DNA of 64,000 nt, taken from an uncultured Collinsella sp. (GTDB lineage Bacteria; Actinomycetota; Coriobacteriia; Coriobacteriales; Coriobacteriaceae). Positions 27,894 to 37,861 of the stretch are shown here, piece by piece; position 1 is the first letter of the stretch, and every line of letters starts with the position of its first letter. A program made the position numbers and the translations under genes. The stretch is from positions 2,460-66,459 of the forward strand of contig CATWID010000007.1 of the NCBI GenBank assembly GCA_958350755.1. The letters run 5' to 3'. The notes under the pieces are model-generated. The model saw only the letters and a list, made by a program, of their open reading frames with translations, had not been told where the DNA came from and did no database searches.

Positions 27894-28856
27894 CTAGCGG
27901 GTGGGGTGCCAGACCTGGAGGGCGCCGGCGAGGACGTCGACCTCGATGCGCGAGGCGACAACGGGCTCGCCGTCGGCCTGGATGGGGTAATCGGGCTGCT
28001 CGAAGGTGAGCTCGGCATGTCGGCAGCGGCGCATACGAACCGGCGGCAACTTGGTGTGGTGGCCGTCCTTGGCCGAAAGAAACATGGGCAGGGCAACGGC
28101 GCGGGGGACGGGGCCGCAGGCGTAGCAGACATCGAGTATGCCATCGCAGGGATCGGCATCGGGGCAGATACGATAACCCGAGCCATACGTGGGCCCCAGC
28201 TGAATCGCCATGATGATTGCCCTCACGCGCTCGGTGGGCGCGCCGTCAAAGCTGACTGTCATAGGATAGTTGCGATAGCGCAGGCCAAACTGCTCAAGTC
28301 CCGAGAGGGTGTAGAGCGGCGCGCCTGTCAAGCCGGCCTTTTTGCGCAGCTCGGTGGTGCCAAGGCCGATGGCAGCATCGATGCCGACCGAAAGCGTCTG
28401 GTCGTAGTACTCAACGGTAGCCTCGCCGCTGCCGCTCGCAGGGCTCCACGAGCGAATGCGCCCGATGTCCTGACGCTGCAGCTCGCAGGTGAGCAGTGCG
28501 CCAAAATCCTTGCCGGAGAAATCGTCGATGCCGAGCGTCTGGGCAAAATCGTTGCCGGAGCCCACGGGCAGGACGGCAAGGGCGGGGCGGGCGTCCTCCT
28601 TTTGCGTCATAAGCCCGTTGACGACCTCGTGAATCACGCCGTCGCCGCCGAGTGCGATAACGGTGCGATAGCCCTGAGCCTGTGCGGCCAGCTCCTTGGC
28701 GTGTCCCATACGCTCGGTCAACACCAGGTCAAACTGGGATGCGCGCGCGGTCATATCCAAAAAGCGTTGCAGGCGCTCGGCAACTTCGCGTGCCGCGCCC
28801 GACTGGGCGGCTGGGTTGGCGATGATGAGCGTGCGACCAAAATCAGTTGCGTGCAT
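27894..28856 (-). CDS. Diacylglycerol kinase family lipid kinase (YegS/BmrU)
   Basis: NPAA, GGDGVIHEVVNG, PVGSGNDF and QADGE motifs; start uncertain (28856 or 28880). Confidence 0.9.
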   Translation of the reverse strand: MHATDFGRTLIIANPAAQSGAAREVAERLQRFLDMTARASQFDLVLTERMGHAKELAAQAQGYRTVIALGGDGVIHEVVNGLMTQKEDARPALAVLPVGSGNDFAQTLGIDDFSGKDFGALLTCELQRQDIGRIRSWSPASGSGEATVEYYDQTLSVGIDAAIGLGTTELRKKAGLTGAPLYTLSGLEQFGLRYRNYPMTVSFDGAPTERVRAIIMAIQLGPTYGSGYRICPDADPCDGILDVCYACGPVPRAVALPMFLSAKDGHHTKLPPVRMRRCRHAELTFEQPDYPIQADGEPVVASRIEVDVLAGALQVWHPTR

Positions 28857-28942
28857 GGGGCGACTCCCGGCGTGTGACATGACAGTGCGGTCGCGCTCAG
28901 GTCGAATTGCCCCCGATTGTGGCTGCACGGCGATTATTACAT

Positions 28943-30364
28943 CTACTCTATCAGGTCGTTGTGGCGCTCGATAGCCTCTGCCACCGTGTGGCCCTCGTCC
29001 ACGATAAGCGAGCGGCGCTTAGGGGACACAATGCGCTGTGCGGGGTACACGCCACGGTGGCCGCCGGCAAGGTAGCTAATAAACGAAACGATGACAAAGA
29101 AGCCCGCGGCCGTTCCGTGGAACAGGTCGATGGCCATCATACAGGTGGTGATGGGCACGTTGAGGCCGGCGCAGAACACGCCGAGCATGCCGAGAGCCGC
29201 CAGAAAACTGGGGTCAAGCCCGGTAAGGCAACCGATCCAGCCACCGAGTGCCGCACCGATGCCAAACAGGGGCGTGACCTCGCCGCCTTGGAAGCCTGCG
29301 CCCAGGGTAAGCGCTGTGACGACCAACTTGATGGCTGCGTCCGCCAGGGTGGTGTTGCCTGCAAATCCGGCGCCGGAAAGCCACGTGGAAAGGCCGGCGT
29401 AGTCCCAGGCGTCAAGGAGGGCATAGGCGGCCAAAACCACGAGTGCGCCTATGAGTGCGCGGACGAGGTAATTGGCGATAAAGCGACCGTACAAGCTTTT
29501 GACGGTTCGAACCGACCAGGCAAAGAGGCGTGCCGTCAGGCCGAAGATAATGGCGCTGATAACAACGATGACAACCGTCCGTGGTGTCATGTTGGGAACG
29601 CTGGCGATGACATTCGCCTCGTACTCGGTTCCCAAGGCAAGCGACGTAAAGTAGCCGGTAAACGAGGCGACCAGGCAGTAGATGCCCGCGGTGTAGTCGA
29701 TCTTGCCGATAAAGCACATCTCCATGCCAAAGAAAGCTCCGGCAAGGGGCGAACCGAATACGGCGCCAAAGGCCGACGAGATGCCGGCGAGCATGAGGTC
29801 GTGGTGGTCATGCTTTTTGAGGTGGGCGAGGCTCGAGATGTTGCTGGCGATGGTGCCGCCAATCTGCACTGCAGCTCCCTCGCGACCGGCCGATCCGCCC
29901 GTTAGGTGCGTGAGCGTGGAGCAGACGAAGGTTAGGACGGCCATGCGCATATGGATGAGGCGTGTGCCCAGAGCGGAGTCGATGACCAGGTTGTTGCCAC
30001 GCTTGGCGGCGAGACCGTGGTTTTTGTACACCCATGCGGTGGCAACGCCCACAACGGGAAGCAGCGCGTAAATCCACGCATGGTGCTCGCGATAGTCGGT
30101 CGCGATATTCAGCGAGGCCAAAAACGCCCAAGCGGCAACGCCCATGGCGAGCGAGACGATGACGACGAGTACGAGCAACTTGGCGCTCGCGAGTAGGTTG
30201 CGGGCGTTGCGGCGCGTATCGGCAGCCAAGAGATGCTCGGAGCGGGTGAGCTGATGCCTGCCTGCCATGATGACGTCGTTAAGGGAGAAAAAGCCGCCGT
30301 TGTCGAGCGGCTGGGAATGATCCTGCGCCTTGTTTGCGCTTTCGGGTTTGTCGGTAAAAGCCAT
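28943..30364 (-). CDS. CLC family channel/antiporter, probably fluoride-exporter clade
   Basis: GNNLV, GREGA and GEVTP signatures. Confidence 0.88.
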   Translation of the reverse strand: MAFTDKPESANKAQDHSQPLDNGGFFSLNDVIMAGRHQLTRSEHLLAADTRRNARNLLASAKLLVLVVIVSLAMGVAAWAFLASLNIATDYREHHAWIYALLPVVGVATAWVYKNHGLAAKRGNNLVIDSALGTRLIHMRMAVLTFVCSTLTHLTGGSAGREGAAVQIGGTIASNISSLAHLKKHDHHDLMLAGISSAFGAVFGSPLAGAFFGMEMCFIGKIDYTAGIYCLVASFTGYFTSLALGTEYEANVIASVPNMTPRTVVIVVISAIIFGLTARLFAWSVRTVKSLYGRFIANYLVRALIGALVVLAAYALLDAWDYAGLSTWLSGAGFAGNTTLADAAIKLVVTALTLGAGFQGGEVTPLFGIGAALGGWIGCLTGLDPSFLAALGMLGVFCAGLNVPITTCMMAIDLFHGTAAGFFVIVSFISYLAGGHRGVYPAQRIVSPKRRSLIVDEGHTVAEAIERHNDLIE

Positions 30365-30574
30365 ACGTTCCTCTTTTGGGTTGCAACGCAAGCATTATAA
30401 AACGCGGTAAACGCGACGAGCCGGTGGGTTGGTTTCCATTCTGTTTCGCGGCCTGCAACCGACAGGTGTATTTGCGGGTACAGGCCGAGTCGCGGTCGCG
30501 CGTCAGGGGATTATACTGAGAAAAGCATAAAGAAACGGCGCCCCTGTTGTGCGCCGTGGTATTAAGAGGTGCAT

Positions 30575-31837
30575 ATGGCAGAGAAACTCATTCCGTTGGA
30601 GGACGCGCAGTCGATTGTTCTTTCGCACGTTGCTCCGACCGATCTCGTCGAGATTCCCGTGTGGCAGGCCGCCGGTCTTCCCTTGGCCGAGGATGCGGTG
30701 GCCGATATCGACATCTCGCCGTTTGCCAACAGCGCTATGGACGGATATGCCGTGCGCTCGTCGGACTTGGCGCAGGCATCTGGCGAGGTGCCGATGACGC
30801 TCGACGTTATCGGACACGAGGCCGCGGGCCATGTGTTTGAGGGCGCAATCGGCGCGGGTGAGACGGTCCGCATCATGACGGGCGCTCCGGTACCCGAAGG
30901 TGCCGATGCCGTGGTGAAATACGAGATCGTCGACGTGCTCGATGGCGACGGCAACGAGGGCTCGCGTGTGAGGTTCTCGGTGCCTGCCAAAGTAGGGGAG
31001 AACGTTCGCTCTGCCGCCGAGGAGGCCCATGCCGGCGATGTTGTGATGCACGCCGGCGAGGTCGTGGCGCCGGCGGGTGCGGGTCTGCTGGCAAGCGCCG
31101 GGTATGCGAGCGTGAAGGTGCATGCTGCCCCGCGTGTGGGCATCATCTCGCTGGGCACGGAACTGGTCGCACCGAGCAACGTGCCGGCGCGCGGGCAGAT
31201 TCGCGACTCCAACTCGTCGGCGTTGATGGCCGAAGCACTCGATGCCGGCGCCGAGCCCGTGTTCTACGGCATTGCGCCCGACGATGAGCGGGCGATTGCC
31301 GAGCTGGTGCATCGCGCCGTGCGGGAGTGCGATTTTGTCATTACGAGCGGCGGTGCCTCGGCGGGCGACTACGACTATGTGACGGCGCTCGTCCGGCGCG
31401 AGGGCGAGGTGCTGTTTGACCGCATCTCGATGCGTCCGGGCAAGGCCATCACGTTTGGCTTGCTCGGGGGTAAGCCCTACCTGGGGCTTTCGGGCAATCC
31501 GGCCGCGGCGTATGTGGGCTTTGAGATGCTCGCCCGTCCGGCGATCCGCAAGATGCGCGGCTTTGCCGAGGGTGCGCGTCCCGTACAGCAGGCGACGCTC
31601 ACACACGGCGTGAAGAAGCGACAGCATCGCCGCTTCTTCGATCGCGCCACGGTTTTGCGCGACCCCGAGACCGGTGAGCTGTTGGTGACCGAGGCTAAGA
31701 CGCAGAATTCGGCGCTACTTGGAACTATGCAGCGTGCGAACTGCCTGTTGCGTGTTGATGAAGGACCGTGCGAGCTCATGGTGGGCGATGTCGTGGACGT
31801 TGTTCGCGTCGACCTGCCCGAGGGTGCCGTATTGTAG
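30575..31837 (+). CDS. moeA: Molybdopterin molybdotransferase
   Basis: SAMDGYA, RIMTGA, ITSGGAS and LSGNP motifs. Confidence 0.94.
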   Translation: MAEKLIPLEDAQSIVLSHVAPTDLVEIPVWQAAGLPLAEDAVADIDISPFANSAMDGYAVRSSDLAQASGEVPMTLDVIGHEAAGHVFEGAIGAGETVRIMTGAPVPEGADAVVKYEIVDVLDGDGNEGSRVRFSVPAKVGENVRSAAEEAHAGDVVMHAGEVVAPAGAGLLASAGYASVKVHAAPRVGIISLGTELVAPSNVPARGQIRDSNSSALMAEALDAGAEPVFYGIAPDDERAIAELVHRAVRECDFVITSGGASAGDYDYVTALVRREGEVLFDRISMRPGKAITFGLLGGKPYLGLSGNPAAAYVGFEMLARPAIRKMRGFAEGARPVQQATLTHGVKKRQHRRFFDRATVLRDPETGELLVTEAKTQNSALLGTMQRANCLLRVDEGPCELMVGDVVDVVRVDLPEGAVL

Positions 31838-31847
31838 GAGGAATGCT

Positions 31848-32327
31848 ATGGAGCTGAAGATTTCGATCGTGACGTGCTCGGATACGCGCGATCTTGCCCA
31901 GGACGAGGCCGGAGCCGCACTCGAGGAGCTTATCGAGACGCAGGGCTGGACGGTCGCCTCACATGTGGTCGTGCGCGACGACGCCAGCGAGATCGGTGAT
32001 GCCATTGTGGAAGCCGCAGATGAGTGCCACGCCAATGTCGTGCTCACCTGCGGCGGCACGGGGCTTTCGATGCGCGATGTGACGCCCGAGGCGACGCGTG
32101 CCGTCTGCGACCGCGATGTGCCGGGTATTGCAGAGGCAATCCGTGCGTACTCCATGACCAAGACGCGCCGCGCCATGCTCTCGCGCGCCGTGTGCATGCA
32201 GCGTGGGTATACGCTTGTCATCAACTTTCCGGGATCCACGAAAGCGGCCCGCGAAAGCTGGGAGGCCGTGAGCGACCAGCTGGAGCATGCAGCCCAGATG
32301 ACGGCGGGCGGCGGGCACGCCAAATAA
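31848..32327 (+). CDS. MogA/MoaB molybdopterin adenylyltransferase
   Basis: TCGGTG, RDVTPEAT and NFPGS motifs; AGGAGG SD. Confidence 0.92.
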   Translation: MELKISIVTCSDTRDLAQDEAGAALEELIETQGWTVASHVVVRDDASEIGDAIVEAADECHANVVLTCGGTGLSMRDVTPEATRAVCDRDVPGIAEAIRAYSMTKTRRAMLSRAVCMQRGYTLVINFPGSTKAARESWEAVSDQLEHAAQMTAGGGHAK

Positions 32328-32532
32328 GCGCACTACCTGCGGCGGAGTAACCTTACGGGCTGCTCTGCCTTTTTTATGCAGCGACAGCGCGGGCCGTCTC
32401 GTGGTTATTGGTAAAAGAAAATTATCAGGCGAGAGATATTTATCATATACATTATTCGCGCAAAAGTATAATCTGATTGCAGAATAAAGCCCGCGGTGTG
32501 GTGCCCGGGCAAAACGTCCGAAAGGGTTGAAT

Positions 32533-33408
32533 ATGTTCGATATGGTTTCACGCCGCGGTTTCGTCTCGCTATCTGCTGCCGCTGCTGCCGGCCTTGGCCT
32601 TGCTGGTTGCTCGGGCAACAAGTCTTCCGAGCCCGCCGGCTCCGATGCCGGCTCCGCCAAGGCCTCTTCCAAGAAGGAAACCGTCGAGCTGCAGGTCTTT
32701 GCCGCCAACTCGCTCGAGAAGGCTCTGCCCGAGGTCCAGGAGCTTTACACCGAGCAGACCGGGACCACGTTTGCCGACACGCAGTTTAAGGCGTCTGGCG
32801 ACCTCGTTGAGCAGATGCGTGCCGGCGCCACGGTCGACGTGCTCATCACCGCTTCCAAGGGCACCATGGATGACGCTGAGACCGCCGAACTCATCGACAC
32901 CGACACCCGTGAGGATATGTTCGTCAACGACCTCGTGATCATTCGCGCCGAGGGCTCCGACACCAAGGTCGAGGCCGTCGCCGACGTCGCGAATCTGGAC
33001 GGCAAGATCGCCATTGGCGACGCCAAGACCGTTCCCGCCGGCAAGTATGCCAACCAGGCCCTGGCCTCCGTGGGCCTCTACACCGGCACCGAGGGCGACG
33101 ACGGCGAGTACGCCCCCGAGATCGCCGACATGGTGGCCCTGGCCGATAAAGTTGGTACCGCCGCCGCCTATGTGTCCACAGGTGACTGCGTGGCCGGTTT
33201 TGTCTACAGCTCCGATATCTTCCGCTACGACGGTATCGAGGAGGCCTTTGTGTGTCCCGAGGACTCGCATAAGCCCATCGTGTATCCGGGCGCTGTCGCC
33301 GATGGCTCCGAACATGCCGACGAGGCCAAGGCGTTTATCGACTTTTGCCTGTCCAATAAGAAGGCTCAGAAGATTTGGGCTAAGTACGGCTTTGAGCTTT
33401 CCGCGTAG
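32533..33408 (+). CDS. modA: Molybdate ABC transporter substrate-binding lipoprotein
   Basis: SRRGF twin-arginine-like signal, LAGC lipobox, VFAANSL and VPAGKYA motifs. Confidence 0.92.
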   Translation: MFDMVSRRGFVSLSAAAAAGLGLAGCSGNKSSEPAGSDAGSAKASSKKETVELQVFAANSLEKALPEVQELYTEQTGTTFADTQFKASGDLVEQMRAGATVDVLITASKGTMDDAETAELIDTDTREDMFVNDLVIIRAEGSDTKVEAVADVANLDGKIAIGDAKTVPAGKYANQALASVGLYTGTEGDDGEYAPEIADMVALADKVGTAAAYVSTGDCVAGFVYSSDIFRYDGIEEAFVCPEDSHKPIVYPGAVADGSEHADEAKAFIDFCLSNKKAQKIWAKYGFELSA

Positions 33409-33476
33409 TGCGGCTTGGCGCGATAATTCCATCGTTTTGTGTTTCACTCCGTCCTTGTATTCTCTTGGAGCTTTTC

Positions 33477-34916
33477 GTGCTTAATAGATTCCGCATGCTT
33501 GTCGCCTGTGCTTTGACCTTCGCGCTTTGCTGGGTGCCGGGATTTGCGTTTGCTGGGGACGCTGAGGACGGGGCTCAGATTGCTGCGACCGCTCATGGGC
33601 TTTCCTATGGGATTGAGGGTTTTGAGCGGTTGGCCAAGGGGACCGCTCGTGCCATGGAGGGCCAGCCTGAGGGCTACCGGTTTCCCGTTGACGAGGACGT
33701 GGACCTTGTGGTGGCGCCCGCTGCCGATCGCGTTGTGGTATGGATATCGCCTAAGGCGGTCGAGAAGTATGGATTGAATCCGCAGGACAACGAGTGCGTA
33801 TCGGGTCTCAAAGCCCTCGTCTGTGAGCTCGACAGCGCAAACTGCATGGGAGGTGCCCAGCTGGGGGACGTGGATCTTCCTTGGTATGTCACGGCGAAAA
33901 CAACGTTTGATGCCGGTGGGTATACCTATGGCTTTGACGAGCGCGGTGCGGATGGGGACCGCTATGTGGTGATTGCATCAGCCTCGGGTGATGCCAAGGG
34001 CGGCGCGCGTTGGCTTGATAGCGCTCAAATGGTAGAGGCATCGTCTGTCGCGTTGCGGGATGAGCAGGGGCCCTTGACCTCTCTGGCCTCCTTTTTGGGC
34101 GACATCGACTATCGCCCGTTTTGGGTGTCCATAAAAACGAGCGGCCTTGCCCTGCTGATCTCCTTTGCGCTGGGCCTGTTCGCCGCGTGGAAGACTATGG
34201 GTACCTCGAGTCGCATCAAGGGCCTGCTCGATTCGGTCTTTACGATTCCCATGGTGTTGCCGCCCACGGTCTGCGGCTTTCTGCTCCTCATGCTGTTTGG
34301 TCGCTCGACCGGGGTGGGCCAGTGGCTCATCGCGCACGGCGTCTCGATCGTCTTTACGTGGCCCGCGGCGGTGATATCTGCCGTGGTGGTGTCGTTTCCC
34401 CTGGTCTACCGTACGGCGCTCGGAGCCTTCGAGAGCCTCGACACGCAGATGCTCGACGCCGCGCGAACCTTGGGATGGTCCGAACGTCGCATCTTTGCCA
34501 AGCTCATGATGCCGCTCGGCTGGCCCTCGATTGCCGCCGGTACGGTGCTCGCCTTTGCCCGCGCGATGGGCGAGTTTGGCTGCACCCTGTTCTTTGCGGG
34601 CAACTACGCCGGTATAACGCAGACCATTCCCATCGCCATCTACTTTGAGTGGATGGGCGGCAACACGTCGGTGGCCCTCTTTTGGGTCGTCGTCGTGATC
34701 GTGTTTAGTTTCCTGGTCATCCTGTTCATCAACATGTACACGGCGCATTCGCAAAAGTATCGCGAGCGGGGCCTTTCCCGTGCGAAGCGCAAGCAGGCCA
34801 AGGAGCTCGTCGGGCAGGACGATTCGCTCGATGCTGTTGGTGGCGATGCTCTGCGTATCGATCGCGAGGCGTTGGCCGAGCTTATGCGCGATGACGCGGT
34901 GCCGCAGGGAGGTTGA
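33477..34916 (+). CDS. modB: Molybdate ABC permease with extra N-terminal exported domain
   Basis: PMVLPPTV, DAARTLG and FARAMGEFG in the C-terminal half; signal peptide plus about 200 extra aa at the N-terminus. Confidence 0.88.
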   Translation: MLNRFRMLVACALTFALCWVPGFAFAGDAEDGAQIAATAHGLSYGIEGFERLAKGTARAMEGQPEGYRFPVDEDVDLVVAPAADRVVVWISPKAVEKYGLNPQDNECVSGLKALVCELDSANCMGGAQLGDVDLPWYVTAKTTFDAGGYTYGFDERGADGDRYVVIASASGDAKGGARWLDSAQMVEASSVALRDEQGPLTSLASFLGDIDYRPFWVSIKTSGLALLISFALGLFAAWKTMGTSSRIKGLLDSVFTIPMVLPPTVCGFLLLMLFGRSTGVGQWLIAHGVSIVFTWPAAVISAVVVSFPLVYRTALGAFESLDTQMLDAARTLGWSERRIFAKLMMPLGWPSIAAGTVLAFARAMGEFGCTLFFAGNYAGITQTIPIAIYFEWMGGNTSVALFWVVVVIVFSFLVILFINMYTAHSQKYRERGLSRAKRKQAKELVGQDDSLDAVGGDALRIDREALAELMRDDAVPQGG

Positions 34917-34922
34917 TAAGCT

Positions 34923-35993
34923 ATGTCGCTCGTTCTGGATATCAAAAAACGCTACCCCGGGTTTATGCTCGATATGCAGCTTGAGGCCGGCGAGGAGCGC
35001 GTGGCGCTGCTGGGCGCCTCGGGTTGTGGCAAGAGCTGCACCTTGCGTTGCATTGCCGGCGTGGAGACGCCCGACGAGGGCGAGATCGTCGTCAACGGCG
35101 TGACCTTCTTTGACTCGGCGGCGGGTATCAACCTGTCGCCCCAGGAGCGCAAGTGTGCCCTGCTGTTCCAAAACTATCAGCTGTTCCCTAATATGACGGT
35201 GGCCGATAACGTGTGCGCCGGCGTTGAGGGTGCAGGTGACGCCGCAGCGCGCAGACAACTTGCCGAGCGCTACCTGGGCATCTTTGGACTGGCCGACTTT
35301 GCCGACCGTTATCCCGCGCGCCTCTCGGGCGGCCAGCAGCAGCGTGTGGCGCTTGCTCGCATGGTGGCGGCACACCCGGGCATTTTTATGTTCGACGAGC
35401 CCATGAGCGCGCTCGACGCGTATCTCAAGAGCGCGCTTGAGCAGAACATGCTCGACCTGTTCGACGTCTGTAACCGTACCGTGCTCTACGTGAGCCACGA
35501 TATTGACGAGGCATGCCGCCTGTGCGAGCGCATTTGCGTGATGCATAACGGGCATGTGGAGGAGATCGGCTCCGTCGAGGACGTGGTCCGCCGGCCGCAA
35601 ACCTTGGCTGCGCTGCGTCTGACGGGCTGCAAGAATACGAGCCGCGCGCGTAAGATTGGGCTTCAGGAAGTTGAAGCCCTGGACTGGGGCATGACCTTCA
35701 ACGTGGGCCGTGAGGTTCCCGATAATGTGGCGTACCTGGGTATTCGTGCGAGCTACTTCCATGTGGACAGCCGCGCTGAGCGCGGTCGTAACAGCTACGA
35801 TCTGCATGTGGCCCGCGTGAGCGATTCGCGTTTTGAGCGCCTGGTGCTGCTGGACGCGCCGCGTGCCGATGCGCCGACGCGCCTGCAGTGGAAGGTCAAC
35901 AAAGTGGGCATGCCTGTCGACGAGCTGCCGCAAGCAGGCGAGACGCTGCGCATGCATTTTGATGCCAGCAGGATCCATTTGGTTTGTCGATAG
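34923..35993 (+). CDS. modC: Molybdate ABC ATP-binding protein
   Basis: GASGCGKS, LSGGQQQR and FDEP motifs; follows modAB. Confidence 0.9.
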   Translation: MSLVLDIKKRYPGFMLDMQLEAGEERVALLGASGCGKSCTLRCIAGVETPDEGEIVVNGVTFFDSAAGINLSPQERKCALLFQNYQLFPNMTVADNVCAGVEGAGDAAARRQLAERYLGIFGLADFADRYPARLSGGQQQRVALARMVAAHPGIFMFDEPMSALDAYLKSALEQNMLDLFDVCNRTVLYVSHDIDEACRLCERICVMHNGHVEEIGSVEDVVRRPQTLAALRLTGCKNTSRARKIGLQEVEALDWGMTFNVGREVPDNVAYLGIRASYFHVDSRAERGRNSYDLHVARVSDSRFERLVLLDAPRADAPTRLQWKVNKVGMPVDELPQAGETLRMHFDASRIHLVCR

Positions 35994-36059
35994 CGCCGGG
36001 TAATGCCGTCGGGGATATAAGCCTCGGCGGCTTTGTTTTTGCCGTTCGCCGAATGGGGA

Positions 36060-36087
36060 ATGACAAACTCTTATCAATTAAGATAAT
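36060..36087 (+). promoter_or_regulatory. Putative promoter overlapped by a palindromic operator-like site
   Basis: ATGACA-16-GATAAT in an AT-rich patch; TTATC-N6-GATAA palindrome at 36071-36086. Confidence 0.45.
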
Positions 36088-36195
36088 TATTTATTAAACA
36101 ACGGTACATGACGCTGTCGTACGAATGTCAACGGTGTTCGCATGGTCGATGACCGTTGATATAGTTGACCTCAACTTGTAAAGGAGGGTGCGCAC

Positions 36196-36306
36196 ATGCC
36201 GCAGACGACATATATTCGCCGCGTTGCCGCGCGCGCCCTGTATATGGCTCGGAGTCGCATATGAGCAGGTATGTTCACGGCTCCGGGAGAGACGACGCAC
36301 AACTAA
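36196..36306 (+). CDS. Putative leader peptide with in-frame UGA (22 aa, or 36 aa with Sec readthrough)
   Basis: AAGGAGG SD at 36181; MPQTTYIRRVAARALYMARSRI-TGA(36262-36264)-AGMFTAPGETTHN-TAA. Confidence 0.5.
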
Positions 36307-36423
36307 ATAATCGACCGCAAAGCTGGTTCCCTAAAATTCCGGGTTTGAGCACGGTCGGGCAATCGCCGTCCGTCGTGCATCGATACCGCTGTTATCCGTT
36401 TTTGGTTCGAGAGGGGAACCGTT

Positions 36424-37707
36424 ATGGCTGAAGAATTTGATTTCCATCCGATGTGGGAGAGCCTCGGCATGAATCTTGCCGACCACGACATGCTGCTGGG
36501 CGCCGTGGGCCAGATGTACGGCGATATGTTCCTGACGCAGAACAATCGCCCCAAGTCCACGTCCTACCTGGATTTTGTCGCCACCAACATCCACAGCGGC
36601 CGTATTAAGGAGATGCTCGACAAGAAGGAGGCCGGCGAGGCCACCAAGATCGTGGGCAGCTTCTGCGTCTACGTGCCCGAGGAGATTGTGCTCGCCTGCG
36701 ACGGTATCCCCGTGGGTCTGTGCTCGGGTGCCGATTGGGCGACCGACAAGGTCGAGGAGCACTTGCCGCGCAACACTTGTCCGCTCATCAAGAGCTTTGC
36801 CGGCTTTAAGCTGGGCGAGGTCTGCCCCTACATTGAGTCGAGTGACTTGGTGGTAGGCGAGAACACCTGCGACGGCAAGAAGAAAGCCTACGAGTTCTTT
36901 GCCACGCAAAAGAACATGTACGTCATGGATATTCCCAACGTACACGACGAGTCGACGCTCGTGACCTGGAAGGCCGAGGTCAAGAAGCTCGCAGCCAAGA
37001 TCGAGGAAGAGTGTGGCGTCAAGATTACGCCTGAGCGTCTGAAGGCCGCCATCCGCGCCGTCAATGAGAAGCGTCGCGCCCTGCAGCGCCTCGCTGCCAC
37101 GCGCGCTGCCGACCCAGCGCCCATCAGCGGTCTCGACAGTCTGCTGACCGTTCAGGCCGCCTTTATGGACGACACGCCGCGTCTGACCGGGGCCATCAAC
37201 GATATGGCGGCTGAGTGCGAGCAGCGTGTCGAGGCCGGCGAGGGCGTGGCGCCCAAGGGGACCAAGCGCATCCTGTACACCGGCACGCCCATGGCCGTGC
37301 CCAACTGGAAGCTGTTCAACCTCATCGAGAAGGCCGGCGGCGTTGTGGTAGGCGAGGAGTCCTGCACGGGTTCGCGCTATTACAAGGACCTGGTCGACGA
37401 GTCCGGTGAGACGGTTGACAAGATGCTCGATGCCATCGCCGAGCGCTACTTTAAGATCAACTGCGCCGTCTTTACGCCCAACGACCAGCGTATGAAGGAC
37501 ATTGTCCAGATGGCCAAGGACCTGCACGCCGACGGCATCGTCGACGTGGCCCTGCAGTTCTGCACGCTCTACGAGATGGAGTCGTTTGCCGTGGAGAAGG
37601 CCGCCGAGGAGGCAGGCATTCCATATATGCACATCACGACCGACTACGCCGGCGAGGACGCAGGCCAACTGCAAACCAGGATTGAGGCTTTCTTGGAAAC
37701 CATTTAG
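36424..37707 (+). CDS. Double-cubane-cluster-type anaerobic reductase (2-hydroxyacyl-CoA dehydratase family), paralog 1
   Basis: [46 protein letters not shown] and [10 protein letters not shown] motifs. Confidence 0.9.
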   Translation: MAEEFDFHPMWESLGMNLADHDMLLGAVGQMYGDMFLTQNNRPKSTSYLDFVATNIHSGRIKEMLDKKEAGEATKIVGSFCVYVPEEIVLACDGIPVGLCSGADWATDKVEEHLPRNTCPLIKSFAGFKLGEVCPYIESSDLVVGENTCDGKKKAYEFFATQKNMYVMDIPNVHDESTLVTWKAEVKKLAAKIEEECGVKITPERLKAAIRAVNEKRRALQRLAATRAADPAPISGLDSLLTVQAAFMDDTPRLTGAINDMAAECEQRVEAGEGVAPKGTKRILYTGTPMAVPNWKLFNLIEKAGGVVVGEESCTGSRYYKDLVDESGETVDKMLDAIAERYFKINCAVFTPNDQRMKDIVQMAKDLHADGIVDVALQFCTLYEMESFAVEKAAEEAGIPYMHITTDYAGEDAGQLQTRIEAFLETI

Positions 37708-37722
37708 GACTATTCGTCCCGG

Positions 37723-37824
37723 CGGCTTCCCCAGGCACCCGATCTTGCTGTTCAAACCGTCGCTTGCGTACCAAAGTACGCGACGCTCCTCTTTCACGGC
37801 AACCTCGGGCACCTGGGAAAGCCG
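37723..37824. repeat. Structured repeat family D, copy 2
   Basis: cggcttccccagg / cctgggaaagccg outer stem; inner gcgtac-caaa-gtacgc hairpin. Confidence 0.65.
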
Positions 37825-37861
37825 TTTCCTTGGTTGGTTAAAAGGTTTGTTAAGGAGTTAT

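Noticed and set aside
30400..30570. Moco riboswitch or ModE box before moeA (modA upstream region also checked)
   Set aside because: No recognisable consensus seen by eye; a covariance search would be needed
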